64,000 nucleotides of DNA from an uncultured cyanobacterium (GTDB lineage: Bacteria; Cyanobacteriota; Cyanobacteriia; Cyanobacteriales; Cyanobacteriaceae): contig CAVVOP010000032.1 in NCBI GenBank assembly GCA_963749915.1, positions 1-64,000 of the forward strand. Direction: 5' to 3'. Under the pieces are notes generated by a model. It worked only from the letters and a program-made list of their open reading frames with translations. It did no database searches and was not told where the DNA came from. The translations under genes were made by a program, and so were the position numbers. Positions 1 through 10,789 of this stretch are shown here, piece by piece (within the stretch, counting starts at the first letter, position 1; every line of letters starts with the position of its first letter).

Positions 1-1278
1 GGTGGAGATATTAAAATTATTCATCATCCAATTATCAAGACTGTTATCAAAGTTACCTAAAGGAATTAAAATCCCTACGGCAATAACTGAACCCGGTATG
101 GCATAACCCATAGAGGAAATTCGCACAGAAATATTAACAATAAAATGGGGTATTAATCTTTGTCCATAAGCCATAATTAAACCGATAATAATAGCAATAA
201 TGGCACTAATTGAAGCGAGGATTAAACTATTTCTTGATAATTGCCAAAAAGTCTCGTTTAAAGTCTCTTCACGGTTGCTTAGGGTCAGATTTAAAAGATA
301 AAGACTAGGGATAATAAATCCTAAAAAAACAGGTATAGCACAGGTAATAAAAGCTAAACTACCTCTAAAAAAATTAAGGTTATAACGGGGTAATTTTTGA
401 CTGCTATTATTTGTTTGATAGTAACGTGCATGGGAGCGAGATAATCTTTCCATCACGATTAAGATTACAATAAACAGCATCAAACAAGAGGCTAACTGTG
501 CGGCGGCAACTCTTTCTCCCATGCCAAACCATGTACGATAAATTCCTGTAGTAAAAGTACTTACACCAAAATATTGTACTGTGCCAAAATCGTTGAGGGT
601 TTCCATGAGAGCTAATGCTAAACCTGCTACAACAGAGGGACGAGCTAAGGGCAAAGCCACTTTTACAAAACTTTGCCAGGGGTTATAACCTAATGAACGA
701 CTGGCTTCTAGGGTACAAACTGATTGCTCTAAGAAGGCGACTCTTGCTAAAAGATAAACGTAGGGATAGAGTACTAATACTAACATGGCCATCGCACCCC
801 AGATATTACGAATAGAAGGAAACCAATAATCATCAACAGTTTCCCAACTAAAAATCCCCCTTAACCAAGTTTGCACAGGACCAAAATACTCTAACATACT
901 GGTATAACTATAAGCGAGAATATAAGCAGGGGCGGCGAGAGGCATTAATAATAACCACTCCAAAATACTAGATCCCACAAATTCGCACATAGTCACAAGC
1001 CAAGCACAGCCCACCCCAATAACCAAAACCCCCATAGTGACGCCGAACATTAACCATAAAGTATTAACAATATAATCTTTTAAGACCGTCTTTGTTAGAT
1101 GTTGCCAAATTTCCTGATGATCACTGAAAACACCCATCAAAATAGTAAAAATTGGTACAGAGATTAATAAAGCAACGACGGTAACGGATAAATACCATAA
1201 ATAAGTTGGTACCTGATTTAACCACTGTTTAAAGAGAAGATTATTTTTTCTTTCCTTAAGGGAATCTACTTTAAACAT
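1..1278 (-). CDS. futB: Fe(III) ABC transporter permease (FutB/FbpB family), 3' end runs off the window
   Basis: Manual translation from ATG at 1278 (MFKVDSLKERK...). Hydrophobic ORF with PLAAPAYILAY and METLNDFGTVQYFGVSTFTTGIYRTWFGMG motifs. Not in the ORF track because it is truncated. Confidence 0.85.
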   Translation of the reverse strand, partial: MFKVDSLKERKNNLLFKQWLNQVPTYLWYLSVTVVALLISVPIFTILMGVFSDHQEIWQHLTKTVLKDYIVNTLWLMFGVTMGVLVIGVGCAWLVTMCEFVGSSILEWLLLMPLAAPAYILAYSYTSMLEYFGPVQTWLRGIFSWETVDDYWFPSIRNIWGAMAMLVLVLYPYVYLLARVAFLEQSVCTLEASRSLGYNPWQSFVKVALPLARPSVVAGLALALMETLNDFGTVQYFGVSTFTTGIYRTWFGMGERVAAAQLASCLMLFIVILIVMERLSRSHARYYQTNNSSQKLPRYNLNFFRGSLAFITCAIPVFLGFIIPSLYLLNLTLSNREETLNETFWQLSRNSLILASISAIIAIIIGLIMAYGQRLIPHFIVNISVRISSMGYAIPGSVIAVGILIPLGNFDNSLDNWMMNNFNIST

Positions 1279-1420
1279 AAAATATAGTAAGTCAATATAG
1301 ATAAATATTTTGCTTATATTATTACAGGAAATAGGAGACGAGAATAGGAACAAATATCAATTATTCGCCCCCTTTGCGATAAGATATATTAAGCATTAAA
1401 TCACCGGAGTATATAAAAAA

Positions 1421-1537
1421 ATGTTAACCCTGAAAATTGTCGTCAATATTGTTGTGGCTTCTTTCTTATTATTATTTATTTTCGGCTTCCTTTCTGGAGA
1501 TCCTGCACGTAATCCCGGCAGTAAAGACTCAGAATAA
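1421..1537 (+). CDS. psbI: Photosystem II reaction centre protein I
   Basis: 38 aa [38 protein letters not shown], read manually; GGAG upstream. Confidence 0.95.
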   Translation: MLTLKIVVNIVVASFLLLFIFGFLSGDPARNPGSKDSE

Positions 1538-1551
1538 TAGGGTTTCGGAGT

Positions 1552-1575
1552 AATTAACAATTAACAATTAACAAT
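1552..1575. repeat. Heptamer tandem repeat (AATTAAC)n, STRR-like
   Basis: aattaacaattaacaattaacaat between convergent psbI and pyrR. Confidence 0.6.
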
Positions 1576-1622
1576 GACGTTTTTGGCACTAACCGAAAAG
1601 TATTGCCTGTCTTCCTATGTCT

Positions 1623-2156
1623 CTATTTAATTAACTCCACTGCGTCTTTACCGTCAACGGATTCTAAATAAACCTTTACTTGTTCTTCTTTCGCCGTGGG
1701 CAGAGATTTACCAATAAAATCGGGGTGTATGGGTAATTGTCTATGTCCTCGATCGACTAATGCTAACAATTTAATAATTTCCGGTCTTCCATACTCACTA
1801 ACGGCATTTAAAGCGGCTCTAATTGTTCTGCCTTTATAAATTACATCATCCACAAGAACAACAATTTTACCCGTTAAATCAAAAGGAATTTCCGTTCTTT
1901 CTGGTGTTCTAGTTTTAATTTTATCTAAGTCGTCTCTATAAAAGGTAATATCTATAGCACCTACAGGAACTTTCACCTGTTCAATCATCTCTATTTGATG
2001 GGCAATCAGGGAAGCTAAAGGTACACCTCTGGTATAAATTCCCAGTAAAACGACCTGAGATAAATCGGAGGCTTCCTCGACAATTTGGGAGGCTAAACGA
2101 GTTAGAGTACGGCGTATTTCGTCAGCCGAGAGTATTTCAATAATTTGGCTTGACAT
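1623..2156 (-). CDS. pyrR: Bifunctional pyr regulator / uracil phosphoribosyltransferase
   Basis: [42 protein letters not shown]. Confidence 0.93.
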   Translation of the reverse strand: MSSQIIEILSADEIRRTLTRLASQIVEEASDLSQVVLLGIYTRGVPLASLIAHQIEMIEQVKVPVGAIDITFYRDDLDKIKTRTPERTEIPFDLTGKIVVLVDDVIYKGRTIRAALNAVSEYGRPEIIKLLALVDRGHRQLPIHPDFIGKSLPTAKEEQVKVYLESVDGKDAVELIK

Positions 2157-2180
2157 GGTTTTATGGACTAAGGATTCTGG

Positions 2181-2918
2181 TCATTCAGTGGAATTGACTG
2201 CTACTAAAACAACGGTAATGTTATCTGAGCCTCCACCATCTTTAGCATTTTGTACGAGGAGGCTGGCGGCTTCTTCGAGGTTTTCCGATTCCCCTAGGGA
2301 TTTACGGATCAACTCGTCGGATACTTCTTCCGTTAAACCGTCACTACATAGTAAAAAACGATCCCCCGGTAGAGTTTCTTCTATTTGTTGAATATCAGTG
2401 CCGTCATATAAATCTCGTCGGCCTAAACATTGAGATAAAACATGACGCCAAGGATGATATTTAGCCTCTTCGGGGCTAATTTCCCCTGCTCTGATGGCTT
2501 GGGAAATCCATGTATGATCTAGAGTTACTTGTTTAAATACTCCATCTCTTAAACGATAAAGCCGAGAGTCCCCAATATGGGCACACCAAGTTTCCCCATT
2601 TCTGAAAACGATCATTACTAATGTTGTCCCCATATCTGCCCTTTCAGGGTTAATAGTTTGATCTTCTAAAATACCCTCATTGGCTTGATAAATGGCTTTT
2701 TCTATCAAATCATAGGATTCAACAGGGGCATCCCAGTTAGCCAGGAGATATTCCTTCACCACATTGATCGCGATGCTACTGGCTTCTTCTCCCCCAGCAT
2801 GACCGCCCATCCCGTCGGCTAAGATGAAAAACCGACCTTCGGAATCAATGTAATAATTATCTTGATTATAAGGTCTAACTAATCCTGGATCGGTTAAAGC
2901 GGTAAATGCACATTTCAT
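2181..2918 (-). CDS. pphA: PP2C-type Ser/Thr phosphatase, probably PII phosphatase PphA
   Basis: ADGMGGHAGG, HIGDSR, LCSDGL and DNIT motifs; lies next to the ABC1 kinase as in the sll1769-1771-type cluster. Confidence 0.8.
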   Translation of the reverse strand: MKCAFTALTDPGLVRPYNQDNYYIDSEGRFFILADGMGGHAGGEEASSIAINVVKEYLLANWDAPVESYDLIEKAIYQANEGILEDQTINPERADMGTTLVMIVFRNGETWCAHIGDSRLYRLRDGVFKQVTLDHTWISQAIRAGEISPEEAKYHPWRHVLSQCLGRRDLYDGTDIQQIEETLPGDRFLLCSDGLTEEVSDELIRKSLGESENLEEAASLLVQNAKDGGGSDNITVVLVAVNSTE

Positions 2919-2951
2919 AAGGTTAATCTAATTTTCACTTGCAATAATAAG

Positions 2952-4712
2952 TTACAGTTTGCGATCGAGTTTGTTCAATTGTCTGAGTAAACGGAACAAG
3001 GAAAAGGCGGGAAACAGGCTGATCACGATGGTTGCGATGGCTAATTGCCAAAGTCCGTTAACAACTAGTATAGTACTAGATAAGATTAAAGCACTCATAA
3101 ATAAACTATAGTTAGTTGCCATTTGCATACTGGTCAGACGACGTAATAAACGTTCCGACTCTAATGATCTTACCCGCAAACGGAGATCTCCCCGCTCTAA
3201 TTTATCAATTGTATCCTCTAATCGTCTCGGAAGACTCAAAGCTGTGCTACTAACTTGAACTGCTTGACGGCTAAGTTCATCAAAAATAGACTGACCCACA
3301 TTATTATTGTTGAAATCACTCATTACTTGTAAGGCAAAAGGTTGTGCCACCTCCATAAAGTTAAAATCTGGATCTAATCCTTTACCCACTCCTTCTAAAG
3401 TCGAAAAAGCACGCATAACAAAGGTAAATGTTGCGGGAAAACGAAAGGGTTGATCATAGGCGATTTCGTACAAATCTTCGCTGATTTGACTGATGGATTG
3501 CTCTTCAAAAGGCTTATCCATAAAGTTATCTAACATAAATTGTACCGAACGACGCACCGGTCCGGGATCGTCCATGACGGCTAAGGCCTCTAAATCAATT
3601 AAAGCATTAACTACTCGATCAGCATTTTTTTCTGTAATACCGAATAACATTTCGATGAGTTTTTCTTTAACATTACTCTTGAGTTGCCCCATCATGCCAA
3701 AATCATAGAAAATTAAGGCACCATCGGTGGCTACAGCCAAGTTCCCTGGATGAGGATCGGCATGGAAAAAACCATCATTTAGTAACTGTTGCAAATAGGC
3801 TTTTGCGCCTAATTTTGCCAAACTTTTGCGATCTAATCCTGCGGCTTCCAAGGCTTCATAGTGACTGATCTTGATACCGGGCATATATTCTAAGGTTAAC
3901 ACCCTCGGAGAAGTATAACGCCAATAAACCCTTGGTACTTTTACCCAATCAGCCGATCGAAAATTGCGGCGGAAAGTATCCCCATTACGTCCTTCCTTTA
4001 AGTAATCGGTTTCTTCCCAAAGAATACGACAACATTCCTCATAAATGCCTAACCAATCCCTGCCTTTACCCCAACGAGGATGGTTTTGAAAATAACGGGT
4101 AATTTGTTTAAGAATGTCTAAGTCAATGGTAAATAATTGCGGTAATCCGGGGCGTTGAATTTTAACGACCACTTCTTCCCCCGAGTGTAATTGAGCTTTG
4201 TGTACTTGCCCTAAACTAGCTGCCGCTAAAGGACTAGGATCAAAACTACGGAATAATTTATTTAAAGGTTTTCCTAAATCCTTCTCAATAATGGCACTCA
4301 CTTGCTCGAAACTAAAAGCAGGAACTCGATCTTGTAGCTTAGATAACTCGTCAACGTATTCTGAGGGAAAAATATCGGCACGGGTAGAGAATAGTTGACC
4401 TACCTTAATAAAAGTAGGACCTAATTCTAGTAGATTTTCCCGAATCCATGCCGCTTGAATCCGACGACGATAGGATCGTTTTTCATCGGTATAACCATTG
4501 GCATAAGTCCATTTTTTGCCATTACGCCACAGTTTGAATAGAAGAATTAAGGCGAAAGTCCAAATATCTATACGGCGACGAAGACGAGAGTAGTTTTCTC
4601 GATTCCAACGATAGACTTTTTTTCCCGCTTCTGGTTGATTTGTAATTGCCAAAGGGGCAAGATTCGGATTAGGTGGTAAATATTCTTTCGGATTAGAGTA
4701 CGCTGCTGACAC
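2952..4712 (-). CDS. ABC1/UbiB (AarF) family atypical kinase
   Basis: LGPTFIKVGQ, AAASLGQVH, VKIQRPG, FFHADPHPGN, DFGM. Confidence 0.92.
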   Translation of the reverse strand: MSAAYSNPKEYLPPNPNLAPLAITNQPEAGKKVYRWNRENYSRLRRRIDIWTFALILLFKLWRNGKKWTYANGYTDEKRSYRRRIQAAWIRENLLELGPTFIKVGQLFSTRADIFPSEYVDELSKLQDRVPAFSFEQVSAIIEKDLGKPLNKLFRSFDPSPLAAASLGQVHKAQLHSGEEVVVKIQRPGLPQLFTIDLDILKQITRYFQNHPRWGKGRDWLGIYEECCRILWEETDYLKEGRNGDTFRRNFRSADWVKVPRVYWRYTSPRVLTLEYMPGIKISHYEALEAAGLDRKSLAKLGAKAYLQQLLNDGFFHADPHPGNLAVATDGALIFYDFGMMGQLKSNVKEKLIEMLFGITEKNADRVVNALIDLEALAVMDDPGPVRRSVQFMLDNFMDKPFEEQSISQISEDLYEIAYDQPFRFPATFTFVMRAFSTLEGVGKGLDPDFNFMEVAQPFALQVMSDFNNNNVGQSIFDELSRQAVQVSSTALSLPRRLEDTIDKLERGDLRLRVRSLESERLLRRLTSMQMATNYSLFMSALILSSTILVVNGLWQLAIATIVISLFPAFSLFRLLRQLNKLDRKL

Positions 4713-4774
4713 TGATATTTTTTAAAATTTGGTTTACTAAAATAGTTATTTAACAATGAACGAACAATTACCTT

Positions 4775-5089
4775 TTATTGTTTTTGACGATAATTATTCA
4801 ATTCTGCCTTTAAACGGGCAATTTCTGCCCTAAGCTCGTCTAATAATTCCTGTAAATCTACAGAGGTATCCGCAGTTACCGTTATAGTGGTAGGATTATC
4901 CGATTGTTGTTTCGCAGATTCCGCCCTGGTTTTTACTTCCCTAGCAAATTCCTCTAGTCTTTGTTTGGTTTCCGCATCGAATTTACCAATATCACTAAGA
5001 ATATTTGTCAAGGTATGTTCTAATTTTTCTGTTACGACCTCGGCGAAGGCTTTACCAAAAATAAATGCTTCTGTTACTGGATTACTCAT
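4775..5089 (-). CDS. Conserved cyanobacterial coiled-coil protein (sll1769-like)
   Basis: AFIFGKAFAEV...DLQELLDELRAEIARLKAEL; directly upstream of the ABC1 kinase. Confidence 0.75.
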   Translation of the reverse strand: MSNPVTEAFIFGKAFAEVVTEKLEHTLTNILSDIGKFDAETKQRLEEFAREVKTRAESAKQQSDNPTTITVTADTSVDLQELLDELRAEIARLKAELNNYRQKQ

Positions 5090-5442
5090 TTGCAATATTT
5101 CTTAACGCTTTTGTTACAAATTATATCTTTTTTTTGATTTTCTTTTTCAATAACTACTTGACGAAATCCCAACACTACAAAAATATTAGATAAAGTCAAG
5201 AAAAATTCCGCACTTCCGTGTAACCAATCCACATTCGCCAAGGATGTCTGATAATGAGTTTCGGCGTAAATTCCTGCTGGGATAGTAATAGCAACGAATA
5301 GTAATAGTAAATAAAATCCCATTAAGGCCATTTTAGGCACTTTTTGCGATCGCTGTAAAAACCATAAAAATCCGAGATAAGGAAAAAGGGAAACGGCGAA
5401 TAAGGTTTCTTTGCTGATAAAACTGAGGGTGAATGATTCCAT
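5086..5442 (-). CDS. DUF3593 family membrane protein
   Basis: LFAVSLFPYLGFLWFL, LANVDWLHGSAE. Confidence 0.85.
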   Translation of the reverse strand: MESFTLSFISKETLFAVSLFPYLGFLWFLQRSQKVPKMALMGFYLLLLFVAITIPAGIYAETHYQTSLANVDWLHGSAEFFLTLSNIFVVLGFRQVVIEKENQKKDIICNKSVKKYCK

Positions 5443-5516
5443 GATGTTAAGATCTTCTTAGTACAAAAATATTGAACACAAACTATCTATTAAATATCTC
5501 AATTTATCATAATAAA

Positions 5517-7814
5517 ATGCAAAATTTAATTGATAATCTGCGATCAGGACAACAAAAATTAGCTCAGTGGAAAGGCGGCAAAATGGCAGTTTCAGCAGTG
5601 CCAGGAGCAGGAAAATCCCATAGTTTAGCCATAGCGGCGGCGATAACCATTAAAGAAAATAACCTGAATCATAATCGGCAATTACTTCTTGTTACTTATA
5701 CTCGCTCAGCTAGTGCAAGTCTAAAAAATAGTATCAAAAAAACATTAAAAGAATTAAATTTATCCCCCATTGGTTTCACGGTGCAAACAATTCACGGATT
5801 AGCGGTCAATATTGCCAATCGTCATCCATTACTATCACAACTTCATCTTGAAAATAGTATGTTAATTGATGCTACCCCCAGTCATCGCATTATCCGGGCA
5901 ACGGTGACCGAATGGGCAAAAAATCATGAGGAGTATTATTATTTACTATTGAAGGGCAAAAGTTTTGACGGGGAAGAAAGTGAGCGATTAAGGCGAGATT
6001 CGGTGTTATTAACCGAAGTTTTGCCCAATTTTGCCCATAATGTTGTTCGTCAAATTAAAAGTTCTGGCTTGACAGACAATGATCTCCATAGGTTACAAGA
6101 TGATCCTCATAATCCTTATCCTTTAATGGCCATCGCACGAGGATTATATCAAGAATATCAAACACTAATGCGAAAAGAAAACTTAATCGACTATGATGAC
6201 TTAATTTTAGGTGCATTGAGGGTGTTAGAAAATGATGACCCGAGAAAAATGTGGCAAGAGGAAGTTTTTGGGGTATTTGAGGACGAAGCCCAGGATTCTA
6301 GCCCATTACAAGGAAAATTGCTGGAAATTTTAGCCACTGATACTAATAATGGTGAAGTAAATTTTGTTAGGGTGGGGGATCCTAATCAAGCTATTAACTC
6401 TACCTTTACCGCCTCTGATCCTCTTTACTTTAATCTTTTTTGCGATCGCTGTCAGGAAATGGGGCAATTTTTCACCATGAATCAAGCAGGAAGAAGCAGT
6501 AAAATAATTATAGACACAGCAAATAAGACTTTAATGTGGGTTAATAACCATATCATTCCCCAAGAATTTGCTAATAAACGCCAAAATAACTTAAATTTAG
6601 TTCTTCCTTTTCGAGAACAAAAAATTGAAATAGTAGGGCAAGAGGATAAACAACCCGAGGCAAATCCAGAACCCGAAGGTAACGGGGTAGAAATTTATCA
6701 GCCAGAAGATATATATACAACGGTGGAATTAATAGGTAAAAGAATCATTCAATTATTTAATACTAAAAAAGCTAAAGAAGACCATAATTTAGCAATTTTA
6801 GTAAGAGAAAATCGACAAGGAATTTTTTTATATAAACACTTAGAATATTTAAAATCAGAATACAATATTAAGGTCAAGTTAATTAATGATATTAATAATT
6901 ATGCTTATATTCCTCAACAAATTTTATCCATTTTACAATTTATTGATTGTCCTCATTCCCGTGAATATCTCAAAAATACTCTAGAAACTCTCCAAAATAA
7001 AGCATTAATTGAGGCTCAAGACTTAAATGCCTTAAGTATTTATCCAGAAAAATTTCTATATCCTAGCACCATTGAGCCACCACAATCTGAGCATACAAAA
7101 AAAGCAAGAAATTGTTGTTTAAAGTTATTAAAATCTCGTCTAGAATTACCCCATTATCGATTAATTCCTTTCATTTCTTCGATATTAGAGTATCAAGCCT
7201 CAGAATTAGCTACCGCTCAAAAATTAAGCGATAGGATTCATCGACAAATTATCGGCAATAGTTCATTAAAAACCATAATTTCTACTTTACAAGAAATTAT
7301 CAATTCTGAAAAATTTGAGGGGGTAGAAACAGATAATCAAAACATTTATACTGCTAAAGGACAGGTTACCATCATAACTATGCATAAAGCTAAGGGATTA
7401 CAATGGGATTATGTCTTTTTACCATTTTTACATGAAAGTGTCATTCCGGGCAGTATTGAGCCTTATGTGCCAAAAAGTGGTAGATTTCTTGGTAACTTTA
7501 ATTTAGCCGATGTTGCTAGAACGATACTGCGATGTATTAGTCATAAAATAGATTTTCAGAAGGAAAATCCTGGGTTGATGAGTATGGTATCGGCATTCCA
7601 TGAAAGTCATCAACTCAAACAGGGGGAAGAATACCGTTTATTATATGTAGCAATGACTAGGGCCAAAAGATTACTATGGATGTCATCAGCGAAAAAAGCA
7701 CCTTGGCGATGGAATTTTTTTGAGGATAACGGCAATAAATCTCAACTTCAAGAGTCAAAACCTTGTCCTGTTATGATGATGTTAAATTCGGAGAATTATT
7801 TGTTAATAAACTGA
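5517..7814 (+). CDS. UvrD/Rep family ATP-dependent helicase
   Basis: AVPGAGKS, DEAQD, VGDPNQAI, TMHKAKGLQWD, RLLYVAMTRAK; ATG 5517 preferred over TTG 5472. Confidence 0.88.
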   Translation: MQNLIDNLRSGQQKLAQWKGGKMAVSAVPGAGKSHSLAIAAAITIKENNLNHNRQLLLVTYTRSASASLKNSIKKTLKELNLSPIGFTVQTIHGLAVNIANRHPLLSQLHLENSMLIDATPSHRIIRATVTEWAKNHEEYYYLLLKGKSFDGEESERLRRDSVLLTEVLPNFAHNVVRQIKSSGLTDNDLHRLQDDPHNPYPLMAIARGLYQEYQTLMRKENLIDYDDLILGALRVLENDDPRKMWQEEVFGVFEDEAQDSSPLQGKLLEILATDTNNGEVNFVRVGDPNQAINSTFTASDPLYFNLFCDRCQEMGQFFTMNQAGRSSKIIIDTANKTLMWVNNHIIPQEFANKRQNNLNLVLPFREQKIEIVGQEDKQPEANPEPEGNGVEIYQPEDIYTTVELIGKRIIQLFNTKKAKEDHNLAILVRENRQGIFLYKHLEYLKSEYNIKVKLINDINNYAYIPQQILSILQFIDCPHSREYLKNTLETLQNKALIEAQDLNALSIYPEKFLYPSTIEPPQSEHTKKARNCCLKLLKSRLELPHYRLIPFISSILEYQASELATAQKLSDRIHRQIIGNSSLKTIISTLQEIINSEKFEGVETDNQNIYTAKGQVTIITMHKAKGLQWDYVFLPFLHESVIPGSIEPYVPKSGRFLGNFNLADVARTILRCISHKIDFQKENPGLMSMVSAFHESHQLKQGEEYRLLYVAMTRAKRLLWMSSAKKAPWRWNFFEDNGNKSQLQESKPCPVMMMLNSENYLLIN

Positions 7815-7815
7815 G

Positions 7816-8035
7816 GGTCGTGCATCAAATAACTGTGGCATAGCTGATTAGGTCATTCCCAGTTCACCTCTTTTTAGTTAGTCCCACTCTCGCTCGCTTT
7901 AAGCCATCAGTATTCCAGTTTAGGCATTGGGTTTTTCCTTCTGCGGTCACGAGCATCTCCTCCAGAAGTTGATCATTTCCTTTTCCTACACGAGCTGCTA
8001 GAATCAAGCCACTATCTTGAGCTAAACTAATTCCA
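7816..8035 (-). mobile_element. Internally deleted IS1-family remnant with one terminal repeat
   Basis: Transposase fragment GISLAQDSGLILAARVGK...EGKTQCLNWNTDG joined directly to a C-terminal fragment; end GGTCGTGCATCAAA at 7816. Confidence 0.65.
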
Positions 8036-8261
8036 AACTCCTCCATGCCTGAGTTACTATTTTACTCAACCATTGTCTTTGTACTTGGTCTAATATCGGA
8101 TCATCCTGCAAAACTTCCGCTACTAAATCATCTAAAGATTGTCCTTCATAACGTGCCATTGTCACCACACTGGCGATGGCCTCAGCAACTAACTCTTCCG
8201 AAATTCGACTATCCGTAGAAGAGAAAGGAGAATCAAAGTCAAAACAGAAAGAAGAACTCAT
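8022..8261 (-). CDS. Conserved small cyanobacterial hypothetical protein
   Basis: ELVAEAIASVVTMARYEGQSLDDLVAEVLQDD; last codons overlap the IS remnant. Confidence 0.7.
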   Translation of the reverse strand: MSSSFCFDFDSPFSSTDSRISEELVAEAIASVVTMARYEGQSLDDLVAEVLQDDPILDQVQRQWLSKIVTQAWRSLELV

Positions 8262-8568
8262 GATGGTATAAAAATAAGCACAATGTTAAGATTAGTAAAC
8301 TTTTCTAAGGATACTCTTTTCAGAATTCTAACGCGAAAAAAATAATAACAGTAAAAATTACTTTTTTTTTTAATATTTTGTCAATTCTGGTGAGCATTTG
8401 CCCACCTTCAAAGATTAATGGCCATAGCAAAAACCTCTAATCAGGGAAAAAGCACACATTTCTTTACATTTAAGGGAATTTGAACCGAAGTTAGAGCCTC
8501 CGCTTTCATATGAAAATAAAATAATTTGAGTTACAATTACCAATAAAACCATATACCATCAGTCGTTT

Positions 8569-9219
8569 ATGCTCACTCAAAATCGTGCTCATCGCTCAGC
8601 GCCACTTCGTGATCGAGTCTTATTATATAATCTGAGTTGGCGACAATTTGAAAACATTCTGGGGGAATTAGGAGAATGTCGTGGTACTCGTGTGGCTTAC
8701 GATAACGGAACATTAGAAATTATGACCCCTTTACCTGAACATGAATACTATAAAGAAAATATTAGTACAGCGATTCAAGATATAGCGGAAGTCTTAAATA
8801 GGGATTATGAGAGTCTGGGTTCGACTACTTGGCGTAAACAGACAAAAATGGCAGGAGTTGAGGCTGATAATTGTTTTTACTTTCAAAATGAACCGAAAAT
8901 TCGCGGTAAATTAGATTATGATTTAAATCAAGATCCTCCTCCTGATTTGGTCTTAGAAATAGATATTACCAGTAAATCCCTCGATCGCTTTCCCATCTAC
9001 GTTCGTTTAGAAGTTCCCGAAATCTGGAGTTATGATGATGGAGAATTGAAAATTTATTTACTGGGAGAAGATGAAATATATCGAGAATCAGAATCTAGCT
9101 TAGTTTTCCCCAATCTTCCTGTCCAAGAAATACCAACTATTATCAATCAACATCGTAACTCGGGTAGAAGAACAATTCGTCAAAAGATTAGAGAATGGGC
9201 AATTTCAACTAGAGGTTGA
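8569..9219 (+). CDS. Uma2 family endonuclease (DUF820)
   Basis: LEIMTPLPEHE, GVEADNCFY, PPDLVLEIDITS, VPEIWSYD. Confidence 0.9.
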   Translation: MLTQNRAHRSAPLRDRVLLYNLSWRQFENILGELGECRGTRVAYDNGTLEIMTPLPEHEYYKENISTAIQDIAEVLNRDYESLGSTTWRKQTKMAGVEADNCFYFQNEPKIRGKLDYDLNQDPPPDLVLEIDITSKSLDRFPIYVRLEVPEIWSYDDGELKIYLLGEDEIYRESESSLVFPNLPVQEIPTIINQHRNSGRRTIRQKIREWAISTRG

Positions 9220-9308
9220 TACTCTTTTAAAAGATGTCTCTTGATTATAAATTTTAGGAGAGGTCTTTTAGATAAAAGGCATTAACTCAATGAATCAAAG
9301 GTAAAATT

Positions 9309-10748
9309 ATGACATTCAATCTGGAAAAAACTTTAAATAACCTGGAAATTAACGCTGACTGGGTAGGTTTAAGACAAGTTAGCGATACCACCACTACGAG
9401 AATTTTTCGAGATGGTAAACCTCAAAGTAATGGCAGAAATTTTACCAATGGGGTGATGGTGGAAGTAATGGTAAACGGGCAACTTGGCTATTGTGCTACT
9501 AATAGACTAGATCAAGCTAGTATTCAAGCCGCCGCCGAAATTGCTCAAAAACAGGCAAAAAGTGTTGATAATTGGGGTATATTTCGTTTTGGCACTGATA
9601 TTCGCCCTCCAGCATCAGGTAACTATCGATCGCCAGTTAATAATAATTCGTCGAATGTCTTTAACCATCAAGAATTAAACGACTTATTGATACAAACTTG
9701 CCATACTTTAAGAGTGTCGGCAAAAATCGTTAAGGCTACAGCAATGGCTCAAATTAGTGAGATTAGACATAATTTTGTCAGTAGTAACGGGGCAAATATT
9801 GACCAGGAATTTTTCCTTGTGGGGACGGATTATGAGGCTACGGCGCAAGAGGGGAATATTGTCCAAAAACGTACGGATAACGGCATGACGGCGAGATGTT
9901 ATCAGGGGGGGGCAGAAATTTTTAATCCTGACATGACTTTATTTCGTGCTAAACAGATAGGAGAAGAAGCTGTCGAACTACTATATGCAGAAGAATGCCC
10001 CGATATTACTACAACCCTAGTTTTAGCACCAGATCAGATGATGCTACAAATTCATGAAAGTATCGGACACCCTTTAGAATTAGATCGAATTTTGGGAGAT
10101 GAGCGTAATTATGCGGGTAGTAGCTTTGTTAAATTGTCAGATTTTGGAACTTTGGCCTACGGATCATCTTTAATGAATATTACCTTTGATCCCACGATAC
10201 AAGGAGAGTTAGCTAGTTATGGTTTTGATGATGCGGGGTTGAAGGCGCAAAAAGAATATTTGATCAAAGACGGTATTTTATTGAGGGGTTTAGGTGGTTT
10301 AGAAAGTCAGGTTAGGGCAAAAGTACCCGGAGTCGCTAATTTTAGATCATCTTCATGGAATCGAGCACCCATCGATCGCATGGCTAATTTAAACTTAGAA
10401 TCGGGTAATAGTAGTTTTAATGACATTATCAGCTCCATAGAATATGGAGTATATATGCAGTCTAACAGATCATGGTCTATTGATGATTACCGCAACAAAT
10501 TTCAATTCGGTTGTGAATATGCCCGTTTAATTGAGAATGGGAAACTCACCAGGACTTTACGCAATCCTAATTATCGGGGTGTTACTCAACATTTTTGGCA
10601 CAATTTAACCCATGTGGGAAATAATTCTACCAGAGAATTTTATGGTACACCCTATTGTGGTAAAGGTGAACCAAATCAGTCTATAAGAGTGGGTCATGCT
10701 TCCCCTATATGTACCTTTAAAGATATTCAAGTTTTCGGCGGCGGTTGA
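9309..10748 (+). CDS. tldD: TldD/PmbA family metalloprotease
   Basis: HESIGHPLELDR (HExxxH), PIDRMANL, CGKGEPNQ. Confidence 0.88.
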   Translation: MTFNLEKTLNNLEINADWVGLRQVSDTTTTRIFRDGKPQSNGRNFTNGVMVEVMVNGQLGYCATNRLDQASIQAAAEIAQKQAKSVDNWGIFRFGTDIRPPASGNYRSPVNNNSSNVFNHQELNDLLIQTCHTLRVSAKIVKATAMAQISEIRHNFVSSNGANIDQEFFLVGTDYEATAQEGNIVQKRTDNGMTARCYQGGAEIFNPDMTLFRAKQIGEEAVELLYAEECPDITTTLVLAPDQMMLQIHESIGHPLELDRILGDERNYAGSSFVKLSDFGTLAYGSSLMNITFDPTIQGELASYGFDDAGLKAQKEYLIKDGILLRGLGGLESQVRAKVPGVANFRSSSWNRAPIDRMANLNLESGNSSFNDIISSIEYGVYMQSNRSWSIDDYRNKFQFGCEYARLIENGKLTRTLRNPNYRGVTQHFWHNLTHVGNNSTREFYGTPYCGKGEPNQSIRVGHASPICTFKDIQVFGGG

Positions 10749-10789
10749 TTGTAAAAACAATAATTACCAATTATCAAATTGTCAATGGT

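Noticed and set aside
1295..1320. Possible Fur box upstream of futB
   Set aside because: AT-rich and only loosely palindromic; cannot be told from background by eye
9309..10748. TldD as maturation protease of a RiPP cluster together with the NHLP adaptor
   Set aside because: They are 26 kb apart, with no precursor or modifying enzymes, and tldD is a common housekeeping gene
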